Source: an uncultured Prevotellaceae bacterium
GTDB taxonomy: Bacteria; Bacteroidota; Bacteroidia; Bacteroidales; Bacteroidaceae
Assembly: GCA_902803475.1 (NCBI GenBank)
Contig: CADCPZ010000211.1
Coordinates: forward strand, 1-48,370
Direction of reading: 5' to 3'
Length of the DNA: 48,370 nucleotides
The notes under the pieces are model-generated. The model saw only the letters and a list, made by a program, of their open reading frames with translations. It was not told the origin of the DNA and searched no databases. A program made the translations under genes and the position numbers. Every line of letters starts with the position of its first letter. Position 1 is the stretch's first letter. This document shows positions 48,244 through 48,370 of the stretch, piece by piece.

Positions 48244-48370
48244 TTATTCTTCTTCCTCGAACTCGTCCCACTCCTCTTCGTTAGTGGTTGAAACGCGAGT
48301 AGATTCTTCTTGTTCCTCGATAGGAGTGAAGTCGAACGGTTTGGCATCCGAGTTACCTGGTGTAATAGCC
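48244..48370 (-). CDS. Partial CDS (3' end), acidic peptide ...AITPGNSDAKPFDFTPIEEQEESTRVSTTNEEEWDEFEEEE
   Basis: Open frame from the window edge to the TAA at 48246-48244; translated by hand. Confidence 0.55.
   Translation of the reverse strand, partial: AITPGNSDAKPFDFTPIEEQEESTRVSTTNEEEWDEFEEEE

Noticed and set aside
1-48370. tRNA, rRNA, integrase or transposase genes
   Set aside because: None recognised by eye on either strand; a covariance or HMM scan was not possible.

Overview
Chromosomal window of a Bacteroidales bacterium, most likely Prevotellaceae. This rests on TTTG-N19-21-TAnnTTTG promoters, A-rich translation starts without Shine-Dalgarno, Prevotella-type C-terminal secretion tails and pectin enzymes. 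Layout: (1) 1-4.2 kb is the end of an accessory island with a structured leader, an EcoRI-family adenine methyltransferase, a DUF262-HNH nuclease, an AT-rich secreted protein and a small cassette between duplicated terminators. (2) 4.3-23 kb is mostly housekeeping: TonB receptor, kdsC, maf, DPP III, fur, purA, hisS, CE12 esterase, prmA, a FadL-like barrel and serS. (3) 23.2-32.5 kb is a compact 10-gene type II FAS/PKS-like lipid cluster, headed by a ceramide-synthase-like GNAT and lying between rpmA and serS. (4) rplU-rpmA and a probable sRNA follow. (5) 33.8-47 kb is a pectin-degradation locus with no SusC/SusD in the window, an ECF sigma factor and a stand-alone anti-sigma-like N-domain. (6) An 845-bp transposase-less MNT-HEPN toxin-antitoxin cassette has 9-bp terminal inverted repeats and a ~63-bp flanking duplication, and is followed by an array of GUGA-loop hairpins. 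The best novelty candidates are the lipid cluster, the TA cassette and the small non-coding elements. All family calls come from motif recognition; no database searches were run.
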